The notes under the pieces: generated by a model
What the model was told of the DNA's origin: nothing
What the model saw: only the letters and a program-made list of their open reading frames with translations
The model's database searches: none
Shown: piece by piece, positions 11,040 through 24,634 of the stretch
Numbering within the stretch: position 1 is the first letter of the stretch
Layout: each line of letters starts with the position of its first letter
NCBI RefSeq assembly: GCF_963921235.1
Contig: NC_086107.1
Coordinates: 94,984,001-95,048,000 of the forward strand
Length of the DNA: 64,000 bases
DNA from: Mobula hypostoma
Taxonomy: Eukaryota
Direction: 5' to 3'
Program-made: the position numbers and the translations under genes

Positions 11040-13630
11040 TCAAAAATTGGTGGAGAGTGTGGAAACTTGTCAAAGGATAGATCAGTGGGTTGGAGATGTG
11101 GGTGGAGAAATGGCAGATGCAGTTTAAGTTAGATCAGTGTGAGATGTTACACTTTGGAAGGTTAAAGCAGGGTAGGATTTACACAGTGAGCGGTAGGACA
11201 CTAAGGAATGTGGTAGAACAGAGGGATCTGGGAATCTGGGATCTGGGAACAGGTCCATAATTCCTTGAAAGTGGTGTCATAAGTAGATAGGTCATAAAGA
11301 GAGCTTTCGACACATTGGCTTTCATAAATCAGGGCATTGGTATTGGTTCATTATTGTCACTTGTACCAAGATACAGTGTAAAGCTTGTCTTGTTTGTATA
11401 GATCAAATCATTACACAGTGCATTGAGATACAATAGGGTCAATCAATAACAATGCAGAAGTTGGGTTGTTATGTTGACGTATAAGATGTTGGTGGGGCCA
11501 GATTTAGAGTACTGTGTGCAGTTCTGATCGCCTACCTACAGGAAAGGTATCGATAAGTTTAAAAGAGTACAGAGAAAACTTACACAGATGTTGCCTGGAC
11601 TTGAGGACCTGAGTTATCGAGAAAGGTTGAATAGGTTAGGACTTTAATCCCTGGAGTGTAGGAGAATGAGGGGAGATTTGATTGAGGTATACAAAATTAT
11701 GAGGGGTATCGATAAAGTTGGGTGTCAGGGTGGAGATTGTCTCTACCAAAGGAGGTGTAAGGCACTCCTTCCCTCCACTAGCCTGCAGGTCACCCTTGGA
11801 CAAGTTGTAGCACCAGCTTATCTCCTGATCAAGGTCACGTGAAGCCATGGGGGCTGGGAGTGGATGGTCGTATGAGCAGCTGATGCACATCACAAGTCCT
11901 GGTTATGCGACCACTGATGCCAGGGGGACAATCTCCAAAGAGTATTGGTAAAGAAGGCAATAGTAAACCACTTATGCAGAATGAACCAAAAACAATCATG
12001 GTCATAGACCATGATCGCCCACGTCATACGACACGGCACATAATGATGATGATAGGGTGAGTGAAAGCAGGCTTTCTGCCCTCCGTGAGATGACAACTAG
12101 AGGTCATGGGTTCAGGGTAAAAGGTGAAATATTTAAGGAAAACCTGATGGGGGAGCTTCTTCACTCAGAGAGCGTGGAACGAGCTGTCAGTAGAAGAGAC
12201 GGTTGAGGATTCAATCGTAACATTTCAGAAAAGTTTGGATAGGTACGTGGATGGGAGGGGTTTGGAGAGATATGGTCCGCATGCAGGTAGATGGGACTAG
12301 GCAGAAGAGCCGGTTAGCACAGACTAGATGGGCCAAAGGGACTTTTTCTGTGCTAAAATGCTCTATGACTCTGTCTCTCAATGTAAGATGGAAGCACATG
12401 GCTAACGGTGGGACCGCTAGCAGCCTTTATTCACCGGGGTGTGAAGCACAAGAGTGGGGAGGTGAAGCCCCCCAGTGTTACAACCCATGGGTCAGAACCC
12501 AGCCCGAGCACTGGGTGAAGTTCAGTTCCCTGCACCACCGGGAGAGGGTGATGGCGCTGGAGAGGAGCGCAGAGGCAATACCCCAGCACTGTCTCAGGTA
12601 CAAGGGTAGAGGCTGGGTCCGCTCTCCCTGGAATGGAGGAGGATGAGGGAGGTGTACACAATGGCTAACCCTTCATCTCTGGAATCAACCTGGTGAACCT
12701 ATTCTGCACCAGTTCCAAATAAATCTTTCCTCAAGTAAGGAGACCAGAACTGCTCGCAGTACCCCAGGTGCGGCCTCACCAGTACCCTGCACAGTTGAGG
12801 CATAACCTCCCTGCTCTTAAATTCGATCCCTCTAGCAACAAAGGCCAACATCCCATTTGCTCTCTTGATAACTTGTGGCCACTGATGTGCCTGTTTCATC
12901 TCGTTCATACTTTTTTTGTGCAGGGGAGGGGGATTTGGAGGTCAGCGTGCCTGTTCGGATTTATTCGTCTTTTTGTGCAGGAGGAGTGATTTGGGGGTCG
13001 ATATGCCTGTTCTGTTTTGTTTGTTTTGTTTTTTTCCGCGGGGTGGGGTGGTGGATTGGGCACTGATGAGCGTGCTGCCTTCCTTGCCTTGGGTTTTATG
13101 GCTACCCGGAGAAGAAGAATTTCAGAGTTGTATACTGTGATAATAAATGGACCCTTGACCTTTGACCTGCGAACCAGCCTTGTCCCTCTACGTCCATACC
13201 CTCTGTTCCCTGCACATCTGTGTGTCTAAGAGCCTCATAAACATGTCTATCGTACCTGCCTCCACCACCACCCCTGGTAGCACGTTGCAATCACCCACCC
13301 CTCTCGGTGTAAAAACTTGCCCCGGATATCTCCTTTGAACCTACCCCCTCTCACCTTCAATGAATGCCCACTGGATATTAGGCATCTAAACCCTGAGGAA
13401 AAGATCTGGCTGTCTACTCTATCTATGTCTCTCATAATCTTATAAACCTCTGTCAGATCTCCCCTCAATCTCCGCCACTCCAGGGAGGGCAACCCAAATT
13501 TGTCCTACCCCTCCTGCCCCCTAATCCAGGCAGCATCCTGGTGAGTCTCTTCTGCCCCCTCCCCAAAGCCCCCCTCCCACACCCTTCCTGTAATGGGGTG
13601 ACCAGAACAGAATGCAGTTCTCCAGATGGG
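11040..13630. mobile_element. CR1 fragments on both strands, including an RTE-type short element at ~11718-12052
   Basis: LVRPHLGYCEQFWSPYLRKD and LEWRRLRGDLTEVYKIMR motifs. The insert has ggcaatagtaaaccact (RTE/BovB-like 3' region) and a (TGA)n tail, and interrupts a CR1. Confidence 0.75.
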
Positions 13631-13736
13631 AACTAGCTTCCCCTCTCCGAGACCGGGGTTTGGATTGCCGGGGCAGGGGAGGGGACACGGTGGAGGTTCT
13701 AGGATGTCGGCAAGCTGGGGCTGTTACGCCGCTCAC

Positions 13737-13860
13737 CAACCCCATCAGCCTCCGGGTTTGAGCTGTTCCGACTCTCCGGATGGTGGGTAGCTGATGCAGT
13801 CCCATTAAAGGCTCAGGCCCACCCATACTAATTGGCGGCCATGTTTTGGCGACAGAATTT
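13737..13860 (-). other. Candidate alternative first exon (ATG 13826, MGGPEPLMGLHQLPTIRRVGTAQTRRLMGL, phase-0 donor)
   Basis: Unique-sequence island with a YY1-like AAAACATGGCCGCC and donor ttg|GTGAGC at 13736. In frame with the giant exon. Confidence 0.3.
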
Positions 13861-14064
13861 TAATATTTAAAGATCACCTAATCCGAGGTTCAGTGCTCAA
13901 TCATCAGCTGCACTTTGGACTCTTGTCTTGCTTCTGGTTTAGAAACCTGTCTTCATTTCAGTTTCATATCCTGCCTTGATTCTAGTCTCAGATACTCCAG
14001 CACTGGGGTCCTATCCATCCTCACCTAGGTCTCTCGTCTAAGAGACGTGGTGGTGAAGGGGCGA

Positions 14065-17000
14065 GGGAGATGATGCAAAGGTCAGAGGTGGGACATTGGG
14101 CAGGGGGAGATGATGCAAAGGTCAATGATGGGACACTGGGCAGGGGGAGATGATACAAAGGTCAATGATGGGACTCTGGGCAGGGGGAGATGATGTGAAG
14201 GTCAGGGATGGGACTCTGGGCAGGGGGAGATGATGTGAAGGTCAGGGTTGGGACTCTGGGCAGGGGGAGATGATGCAAAGGTCAGAGGTGGAACACTGGG
14301 CAGGGGGAGATGATGTGAAGGTCAGGGATGGGACTCTGGGCAGGGGGAGATGATGTGAAGGTCAGGGATGGGACTCTGGGCAGGGGGAGATGATGTGAAG
14401 GTCAGGGATGGGATTCTGGGCAGGGGGAGATGATGTGAAGGTCAGGGATAGGACACTGGGCAGGGGGAGATGATGCAAAGGTCAATGATGGGATACTGGG
14501 TGGGGGAGATGATACAAACGTCAGCGATGGGACATTGGGCAGGGGGAGATGATGCAAAGGTCAGCGATGGGACACTGGGTGGGGGGAGATATACAAAGGT
14601 CAGGGGTGGGACACTGGGTGGGGGGAGATGATGTGAAGGTCAGGGATGGGACTCTGGGTGGGGGGAGATGATGTGAAGGTCAGGGATGGGACTCTGGGTC
14701 AGGGGAGATGATACAAAGGTCAGGGATGGGACTCTGGGCAGGGGGAGATGATACAAAGGTCAGGGATGGGACAGTGGGTGGGGGGAGATGATACAAAGGT
14801 CAGGGATGGGACACTGGGTGGGGGGAGATGATGTGAAGGTCAGGGATGTGACACTGGATGGGGAGAGATGATGTGAAGGTCAGGGATGGGACACTGGGTG
14901 GGGGGAGATGATGTGAAGGTCAGGGATGGGACACTGGGCAGGGGGAGATGATGTGAAGGTCAAGGATGGGTCACTGGGTGGGGGGGGTGATGATGTGAAG
15001 GTCAGGGATGGGACACTGGGCAGGGGGAGATGATGTGAAGGTCAGGGATGGGACATTGGGCAGGGGGAGATGATACAAAGGTCAGGGATGGGACTCTGGG
15101 TGGGGGGAGATGATGTGAAGGTCAGGGATAGGACACTGGGTGGGGGGAGATGATGTGAAGGTCAGGGATAGGACACTGGGTGGGGGGAGATGATGTGAAG
15201 GTCAGGGATGGGACACTGGGCAGAGGGAGATGATGTGAAGGTCAGGGATGGGACACTGGGCAGGGGGAGATGATGTGAAGGTCAGGGATGGGACACTGGG
15301 CAGGGGGAGATGATGTGAAGGTCAGGGATGGGACACTGGGCAGGGGGAAATGATGCGAAGGTCAGGGATGGGACACTGGGCAGGGGGAGACGATACAAAG
15401 GTCAGTGATGGGACTCTGGGTGGGGGAGATGATGTGAAGGTCAGCGATGGGACTCTGGGTGGGGAGAGATGATACAAAGGTCAGCGATGGGACACTGGGT
15501 GGGGGGAGATGATGTGAAGGTCAGCGATGGGACACTGGGTGGGGGGAGATGATGTGAAGGTCAGGGATGGGACACTGGGTTGGGGGAGATGATGCACTGG
15601 GCAGGGGGAGATGATGTGAAGGTCAGGGATGGGACACTGGGCAGGGGGAGATGATGTGAAGGTCAGCGGTGGGACACTGGGCAGGGGGAGATGATACAAA
15701 GGTCAGCGGTGGGACACTGGGCAGGGGGAGATGATGTGAAGGTCAGCGGTGGGACACTGGGTGGGGGGAGATGATACAAAGGTCAGAGGTGGGGCACTGG
15801 GCAGGGGGGGATGATGTGAAGGTCAGCGGTGAGACACTGGGTGGGGGGAGATGATACAAAGGTCAGAGGTGGGGCACTGGGTGGGGGGAAATGATGTGAA
15901 GGTCAGTGGTGGGACACTGGGTGGGGGGAGATGATACAAAGGTCAGAGGTGGGGCACTGGGCAGGGGGAGATGATGTGAAGGTCAGTGGTGGGAGATGAT
16001 ACAATGGTCAGAGGTGGGGCACTGGGTGGGGGGAGATGATACAAAGGTCAGAGGTGGGGCACTGGGCAGGGGGAGATGATGTGAAGGTCAGCGGTGGGAC
16101 ACTGGGTGGGGGGAGATGATACAAAGGTCAGAGGTGGGGCACTGGGCAGGGGGAGATGATGTGAAGGTCAGTGGTGGGAGATGATACAATGGTCAGAGGT
16201 GGGGCACTGGGTGGGGGGAGATGATACAAAGGTCAGAGGTGGGGCACTGGGCAGGGGGAGATGATGTGAAGGTCAGCGGTGGGACACTGGGTGGGGGGAG
16301 ATGATACAAAGGTCAGAGGTGGGGCACTGGGCAGGGGGAGATGATGTGAAGGTCAGTGGTGGGACACTGGGTGGGGGGAGATGATACAAAGGTCAGAGGT
16401 GGGGCACTGGGTGGGGGGAGATGATACAAAGGTCAGAGGTGGGGCACTGGGCAGGGGGAGATGATGTGAAGGTCAGCAGTGGGACACTGGGTGGGGGGAG
16501 ATGATACAAAGGTCAGAGGTGGGGCACTGGGCAGGGGGAGATGATACAAAGGTCAGAGGTGGGGCACTGGGTGGGGGGAGATGATACAAAGGTCAGAGGT
16601 GGGGCACTGGGCAGGGGGAGATGATGTGAAGGTCAGTGGTGGGACACTGGGTGGGGGGAGATGATACAAAGGTCAGAGGTGGGCCACTGGGTGGGGGGAG
16701 ATGATACAAAGGTCAGAGGTGGGGCACTGGGTGGGGGGAGATGATACAAAGGTCAGAGGTGGGGCAATGGGCAGGGGGAGATGATGTGAAGGTCAGCGGT
16801 GGGACACTGGGTGGGGGGAGATGATACAAAGGTCAGAGGTGGGGCACTGGGTGGGGGGAGGTGATACAAAGGTCAGAGGTGGGGCACTGGGCAGGGGGAG
16901 ATGATACAAAGGTCAGAGGTGGGGCACTGGGCAGGGGGAGATGATACAAAGGTCAGAGGTGGGGCACTGGGTGGGGGGAGATGATACAAAGGTCAGAGGT

Positions 17001-19232
17001 GGGACTCTGGGTGGGGGAGATGATACAAAGGTCAGAGGTGGGGCACTGGGTGGGGGGAGATGATACAAAGGTCAGAGGTGGGACTCTGGGTGGGGGAGAT
17101 GATACAAAGGTCAGTGGTGGGACACTGGGTGGGGGGAGATGATACAAAGGTCAGAGGTGGGGCACTGGGTTGGGGGAGATGATACAAAGGTCAGAGGTGG
17201 GGCACTGGGTGGGGGAGATGATACAAAGGTCAGAGGTGGGGCACTGGGCAGGGGGAGATGATGTGAAGGTCAGTGGTGGGACTCTGGGTGGGGGGAGATG
17301 ATACAAAGGTCAGAGGTGGGGCACTGGGTGGGGGGAGATGATACAAAGGTCAGAGGTGGGGCACTGGGCAGGGGGAGATGATGTGAAGGTCAGTGGTGGG
17401 ACACTGGGTGGGGGGAGATGATACAAAGGTCAGAGGTGGGGCACTGGGTGGGGGGAGATGATACAAAGGTCAGAGGTGGGGCACTGGGCAGGGGGAGATG
17501 ATGTGAAGGTCAGCAGTGGGACACTGGGTGGGGGGTGATGATACAAAGGTCAGAGGTGGGGCACTGGGCAGGGGGAGATGATACAAAGGTCAGAGGTGGG
17601 GCACTGGGTGGGGGGAGATGATACAAAGGTCAGAGGTGGGGCACTGGGCAGGGGGAGATGATGTGAAGGTCAGTGGTGGGACACTGGGTGGGGGGAGATG
17701 ATAGAAAGGTCAGAGGTGGGGCACTGGGTGGGGGGAGATGATACAAAGGTCAGAGGTGGGGCACTGGGCAGGGGGAGATGATGTGAAGGTCAGCGGTGGG
17801 ACTCTGGGTGGGGGGAGATGATACAAAGGTCAGAGGTGGGGCACTGGGTGGGGGAGATGATACAAAGGTCAGAGGTGGGGCACTGGGCAGGGGGAGATGA
17901 TACAAAGGTCAGAGGTGGGGCACTGGGCAGGGGGAGATGATACAAAGGTCAGAGGTGGGGCACTGGGTGGTGGGAGATGATACAAAGGTCAGAGTTGGGG
18001 CACTGGGCGGGGGGAGATGATACAAAGGTCAGAGGTGGGGCACTGGGCGGGGGGAGATGATACAAAGGTCAGAGGTGGGGCACTGGGTGGGGGGAGATGA
18101 TACAAAGGTCAGAGGTGGGACTCTGGGTGGGGGAGATGATACAAAGGTCAGAGGTGGGGCACTGGGTGGGGGGAGATGATACAAAGGTCAGAGGTGGGAC
18201 TCTGGGTGGGGGAGATGATACAAAGGTCAGAGGTGGGGCACTGGGTGGGGGGAGATGATACAAAGGTCAGAGGTGGGACTCTGGGTGCGGGAGATGATAC
18301 AAAGGTCAGTGGTGGGACACTGGGTGGGGGGAGATGATACAAAGGTCAGAGGTGGGGCACTGGGTGGGGGAGATGATACAAAGGTCAGAGGTTGGGCACT
18401 GGGTGGGGGAGATGATACAAAGGTCAGAGGTGGGGCACTGGGTGGGGGGAGATGATACAAAGGTCAGAGGTGGGACTCTGGGTGGGGGGAGATGATACAA
18501 AGGTCAGAGGTGGGGCATTGGGCGGGGGGAGATGATACAAAGGTCAGAGGTGGGGCACTGGGTGGGGGAGATGATACAAAGGTCAGAGGTGGGGCACTGG
18601 GTGGGGGAGATGATACAAAGGTCAGAGGTGGGGCACTGGGTGGGGGAGATGATACAAAGGTCAGAGGTGGGGCACTGGGTGGGGGGAGATGATACAAAGG
18701 TCAGAGCTGGGGCACTGGGTGGGGGAGATGATACAAAGGTCAGAGGTGGGGCACTGGGTGGGGGAGATGATACAAAGGTCAGAGGTGGGGCACTGGGTGG
18801 GGGAGATGATACAAAGGTCAGAGGTGGGGCACTGGGTGGGGGGAGATGATACAAAGGTCAGAGCTGGGGCACTGGGTGGGGGAGATGATACAAAGGTCAG
18901 AGGTGGGGCACTGGGTGGGGGAGATGATACAAAGGTCAGAGGTGGGGCACTGGGTGGGGGGAGATGATACAAAGGTCAGAGGTGGGGCACTGGGTGGGGG
19001 GAGATGATACAAAGGTCAGAGGTGGGGCACTGGGTGGGGGGAGATGATACAAAGGTCAGAGGTGGGGCACTGGGTGGGGGAGATGATACAAAGGTCAGAG
19101 GTGGGGCACTGGGTGGGGGAGATGATACAAAGGTCAGAGGTGGGGCACTGGGTGGGGGAGATGATACAAAGGTCAGAGGTGGGGCACTGGGTGGGGGAGA
19201 TGATACAAAGGTCAGAGGTGGGGCACTGGGTG
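14065..19232. repeat. G-rich minisatellite, 39-40-bp unit (gggggagatgatacaaaggtcagaggtggggcactgggtg), ~130 copies
   Basis: Directly visible periodicity. Variant units (gatgtgaaggtcagggatgggacactgggca) dominate the left part. Confidence 0.98.
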
Positions 19233-19256
19233 CGACGGGAACACCCTCAAACTCAC

Positions 19257-19352
19257 CTTTGAGGAGCCTGAGCAGCACAAGAGCTTCCTCACTGACATGA
19301 GATCAGACGGCAGACAAAATTCCTGGGAATCCCAATAATCCCGTTCTATCTG
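19257..19352 (-). CDS. Candidate upstream exon of the giant-exon gene. Likely start ATG at 19298 (MSVRKLLCCSGSSK), phase-0 donor
   Basis: Acceptor ctctcttcctcttcttcAG|cag (NAGNAG) and donor aaag|GTGAGT. The 96-nt exon is open (QIERDYWDSQEFCLPSDLMSVRKLLCCSGSSK) and joins in frame to the acceptor at 4315. Confidence 0.6.
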
Positions 19353-19517
19353 CTGAAGAAGAGGAAGAGAGCAGGTCAAGGTGGGAGTGTGATTGCTGGG
19401 CGAGATGGTCAGACAGGTTCAGTAGGATCGGGAGGGGCTGTCGTCGGTGACTTGGTCGTTTGTATTCATAATTAGCATGTCCAGGTAACAGGGTGGGATG
19501 GTGGAGGGGTGTGAACC

Positions 19518-21416
19518 CGGGGTCAGACACAGAGTGAAACTCCCTCTACACCGTCCCGTCACACACTCCCAGAGTCAGGCACAGAGTGAAACTCCCTCCA
19601 CACCGTCCCGTCACGCACTCCCAGGGTCAGACACAGAGTGAAGCTCCCTCCACACCGTCCCATCACACACTCCCAGAGTCAGTCACAGAGTGAAGCTCCC
19701 TCCACACCGTCCCGTCACACACTCCCAGGGTCAGTCACAGAGTGAAGCTCCCTCCACACCGTCCCGTCACACACTCCCAGGGTCAGGCACAGAGTGAAGC
19801 TCCCTCCGCACCGTCCCGTCACACACTCCCAGGGTCAGGCACAGAGTGAATCTCCCTCCGCACCGTCCCGTCACACACTCCCAGAGTCAGGCACAGAGTG
19901 AATCTCCCTCCGCACCGTCCCGTCACACACTCCCAGAGTCAGGCACAGAGTGAAGCTCCCTCCGCACCGTCCCGTCACACACTCCCAGAGTCAGGCACAG
20001 AGTGAAGCTCCCTCCACACCGTCCCGTCACACACTCCCAGGGTCAGGCACAGAGTGAATCTCCCTCCGCACCGTCCCGTCACACACTCCCAGAGTCAGGC
20101 ACAGAGTGAATCTCCCTCCGCACCGTCCCGTCACACACTCCCAGAGTCAGGCACAGAGTGAAGCTCCCTCCGCACCGTCCCGTCACACACTCCCAGAGTC
20201 AGGCACAGAGTGAAGCTCCCTCCGCACCGTCTCGTCACACACTCCCAGGGTCAGGCACAGAGTGAAGCTCCCTCCACACTGTCCTATCACACAACCCCAG
20301 GGTCAGACACAGAGTGAATCTCCCTCCACACCGTCCCATCACACACTCCCAGGGTCAGGCACAGAGTGAATCTCCCTCCACAGTATCCCAGCACACATTC
20401 CCAGGGTCAGACACAGAGTGCATCTCCCTCCACACCGTCCCATCACACACTCCCAGGATCAGACACAGAGTGAAGCTTCCTCCACAGTGTCCCATCACAC
20501 ACTCCCAGGGTCAGGCACAGAGTGAAGCTCCCTCCACACTGTCCCATCACACACTCCCCGGGTCAGGCACAGAGTGAAACTCCCTCCACACGGTCCCGTC
20601 ACACACCCCCGGGGTCAGACACAGAGTGAATCTCCCTCCACACCGTCCCATCACACACTCCCAGGGTCAGGCACAGAGTGAAGCTCCCTCCACACCGTCC
20701 CATCACACACTCCCGGAGTCAGGCACAGAGTGAAGCTCCCTCCACACCGTCCCATCACACACTCCCGGGGTCAGACACAGAGTGAAGCTCCCTCCACACG
20801 GTCCCGTCACACACCCCCGGGGTCAGGCACAGAGTGAAGCTCCCTCCACACCGTCCCATCACACACTCCCAGGGTCAGGCACAGAGTGAAGCTCCCTCCA
20901 CACGGTCCCGTCACACACCCCCGGGGTCAGACACAGAGTGAATCTCCCTCCACACCGTCCCATCACACACTCCCAGGGTCAGGCACAGAGTGAAGCTCCC
21001 TCCACACCGTCCCATCACACACTCCCGGAGTCAGGCACAGAGTGAAGCTCCCTCCACACCGTCCCATCACACACTCCCGGGGTCAGACACAGAGTGAAGC
21101 TCCCTCCACGCTGTCCTATCACACACCCCCGGGGTCAGGCACAGAGTGAATCTCCCTCCACACTGTCCCATCACACACTCCCAGGGTCAGACACAGAGTG
21201 AATCTCCCTCCACACTGTCCCATCACATACTCCCAGTGTCAGGCACAGAGTGAAGCTCCCTCCACAGTGTCCCATCACACACTCCCAGGGTCAGACACAG
21301 AGTGCATCTCCCTCCACAGTGTCCCATCACATACTCCCAGTGTCAGGCACAGAGTGAAGCTCCCTCCACAGTGTCCCATCACACACTCCCGGGGTCAGGC
21401 ACAGAGTGAAGCTCCA
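19518..21416. repeat. C-rich minisatellite, 52-bp unit (cacagagtgaagctccctccacaccgtcccatcacacactcccagggtcagg), ~36 copies
   Basis: Period 52 (agagtgaa at 19531, 19583, 19635...). Confidence 0.98.
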
Positions 21417-21421
21417 CATAC

Positions 21422-21498
21422 CTCAACACTGCCATGAAGCCCGTCACTGGGAAGGCTGTCCCATGGTTATTGCTGGGACCCAGAAAACTTCATGTGGG
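21422..21498 (-). other. Candidate non-coding 5'UTR exon of the giant-exon gene
   Basis: Acceptor tctccctcacAG| and donor gag|GTATGT. The frame continuous with the next exon contains a TAA, so the exon is probably UTR with uATGs. Confidence 0.4.
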
Positions 21499-21779
21499 CT
21501 GTGAGGGAGACACTTGCAGGATTTTGTGTGTGTGTGCACGTGTGTGAGTGTGTGTTTGTATGAGTGTGTGCGTGTGGGTGAGTGTGCACACGTACCAGTA
21601 TTTGTGGGTTCCTTTGTGTGCCTCTCAGTGTGTGTATACCTCCTACTGTCCCAAGCACAGAGCCCCATGTTGTAACCTCTGACCTCATTATGACTCTGGC
21701 CCCATTGTTGGGACTAAGCCACCAGCCCTCTCACTGCCCAAGTTGTGGGGGAGGGTCCAGTGGTAGGCCAGTCTCAATG

Positions 21780-24090
21780 TAGCCCACATCCCTGCCCCAG
21801 GCCTCATGGAGGCAAAGGGTGAGGGAAGGAGCGGAGATTCACAGTTTGAACTGGTCACTATATACGGAGATTGTTGCCATTTTACCTGCCACGGGCAGTT
21901 CAGTGAACATTTTGGTAGCAGTGTACAATCTACCAAAGGCTAATGTCAAACTGGCTCGAGATGAACTGAGCGACAGGCATGAAACAGCACAGCCTGACAA
22001 TTCCACCATCATTTTTGGAGATTTTAACCAGCCAGCTTGAAAATGTCACTAAATAATTATCATCAACAAATCACTTGTGGCACCAGAGGAAACAACACAC
22101 TGGATCACTGTTCCACCACCATCAGGAATACCTACCGTGCTAGTCCACGCCCTCACTTCAGGCAATCTGATCACCTGGCTGTACTTCTACTCCCTGAGTA
22201 TAGGCAGAGACTGAAGAATGCAGCACCAGCAGCGAGGACCAAGAAGGTTTGGACAAGGGAAGCACAGGAGCTTTGAATCTGTGGACTGGACTGTATTCAT
22301 CTTCGAGTCTGGATGAGTATGCTACAGTTGTCACCAACTTCATTAAAACCTGTGTGGATGAGTGTGTGCCTATGAAAACTTGCTGTACATTCCCAGACCA
22401 AAAGCTGAGGTTTGTTACTCGATCTGTGGCACTTAAGGCTGGAGACCCAGGCCTGTACGAGGAAACCAGCGTGACTTGCGGAGGGCTATTTCAAGAGCAA
22501 AGAGCGAGGCTGGGGCGACATCGGATGCGCGGCAACCCACTTTGAAAGGGAGAATACAACTACAGCGGTGACCCTGTGATCTCTGTCTCGGAGGCTGACG
22601 TCAGGCTTTCCTTGACCCCAACGGAGTTCCTGGTGAGGCTCGGAAAACTTGTGCCAACCAGCTGATGGGGGTTATTCAAAGACAGTTTCAATCTCTCACT
22701 GCTACAGTCGGAGGTTCCCACCCAATTCAAAAGGGCAACAATTATACCAGTGCCCAAGAAGAGCAGAGTGAGCTGCCGCAGCGACTATTGTCCAGGAGCT
22801 CACCTCTACGGTGATGAAGCTGCTCACGGCCAGAGCAAGGACCTGGACCCACTGCTATTTGCCTATCGCCACAATAGGTGTACAGCAGACACGATCTCAA
22901 TGGCTCCCCTTGTGGCCTTGGATCACCTGGACAATGCAAATGCCTGTCAGGATGCTGTTTATTGACTACAGCTCAGCGTTCAACCCCATCATTCCCAGTG
23001 CCCTGATCAAAAAGCTACAGAACCTGGGCCTCCGTACCCCCCTCTGCAACTGGATCCTCAACTTCCTAACAAGAAGACCACAATCGGTGTGGATTGGCTC
23101 CTCACCTCCATCTCGCTGACGATCAACGCTGGTGCACCTCAAGGGTGTGTGCTACTCTCTGTATACCCTGGACTGTGCGGCTAGGCACAGCTCAAATACC
23201 ATCTATAAATTTGCTGATGATACAACCATTGTTGACAGAATCTCAGGTGGTGACGAGAGGGCATTCAGGAGCGAGATATGCCAACTAATGGAGTGGTGTC
23301 ACAGCAACAACCTGGCACTCAACGTCAGTAAGATGAAAGAGCTGATTGTGGACTTCAGGAAGGGTAAGACGAAGGAACACATACCAATCCTCATAGAGGG
23401 ATCAGAAGTGGAGAGAGTGAGCAGTTTCACGTTCCTGGGTGTCAAGATCTCTGAGGATCTAACCTGGGCCCAATATATCAATGCAGCTATAAAGAAGGCA
23501 AGACAGTGGCTATATTTCTTTAGGAGTTTCAGGAGATTTGGTTTGTCAACTAAAACACTCGAAAACTTTTACAGAGGTACTGTGGAGAGCATTCTGACTG
23601 GCTGCATCACCATCTGGTATGGGATGGGGGGGGGGGGCTACTGCACAGGATCAAGATAAACTGCAGAAACTTGTAAAATTAGTCAGCTCCATCATGAGTA
23701 CCAGCCTCTGTAGTATCAAGGAGCGGTGCCTCAGAAAAGGGGCGTCCATCATTAAGGACCACCACCACCCAGGGCAGGCCCTTTTCTCACTGTTACCATC
23801 AGGGAGGAGGTACAGGAGCCTGAAGACACACACTCAGCGATTCAGGAACAGCCTCTTCCCCTCTGCCATCCGATTCCTAAATGGACATTGAACCCGTGAA
23901 CAAAACCTCACTACTTTTTTTTTAAGTTTCTGTTTTTGCGTTGCTTATTTCAATTTAACTACTTAAAGTACGTATTTATGCACTTACTGCAATTGATTTT
24001 TTCCCTGTACTTATCAATGTACTGCTGCCACAAAGTTAACAAATTTCACGACACATGCCGGCGATTTTAAACCAGAGTTTGATTCTGCTG
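21780..24090 (+). mobile_element. Degenerate Rex1/Babar-type LINE (APE endonuclease + RT)
   Basis: [50 protein letters not shown] and LLPSGRRYRS motifs, with multiple frameshifts. Confidence 0.9.
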
Positions 24091-24634
24091 TTGCCACAGG
24101 TGCGATGAAAAACTTCCCCACAGCAACATCACAGGCACAGAGCGTCAGAGACACGGGGTTCACAACAGAAGCAGCAATGAATGTAAACTGAGGATCTTAT
24201 GTGTCTTGTTTTCAGTTTATAAATTTCAAACTCTGGTCAGACCGCATCTGGATTACTGTATTCGGTCCTGGTCGCCCTGTTGCAGGAAGGGTGTGGGGGC
24301 TTTGGAGAGGGTGCAGAAGGAATTCACCCGGATTAGAGGACATGAGGCTGTAAGGAGAGGTTTTATCTGGAGCAGCGGAGGTTGAGGGGAGACCTCATGG
24401 AGGTCTAAAAGATTATGCGAGGCATGATAGAGTAGAGAGCCAGTATCTTTTTTTTCCCTCTCGGGGCATGTACTTACAGTGAAAGGGGGTAAATTTAAGG
24501 AGCTCTGCGGGTCAAGTGTGTTTTTCACATAGAGAGTGATGGATGCCTGCAACGCGGCACCAGGGGTGGTGGTGGAGGCAAGTACATCAGGTAGGGGCAT
24601 GGTTGTAGAGGGAATGGAGGGTAATGGACATTGT

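Noticed and set aside
14065-21416. CRISPR-like array or repeat-encoded proteins
   Set aside because: Units are contiguous with no unique spacers, there are no cas genes, and the context is eukaryotic. The ORFs arise from 39/40/52-bp periodicity.
19518-21416. RAG recombination signal sequences (CACAGTG in some 52-bp units)
   Set aside because: No ACAAAAACC nonamer at 12/23 spacing and no V/D/J segments nearby.
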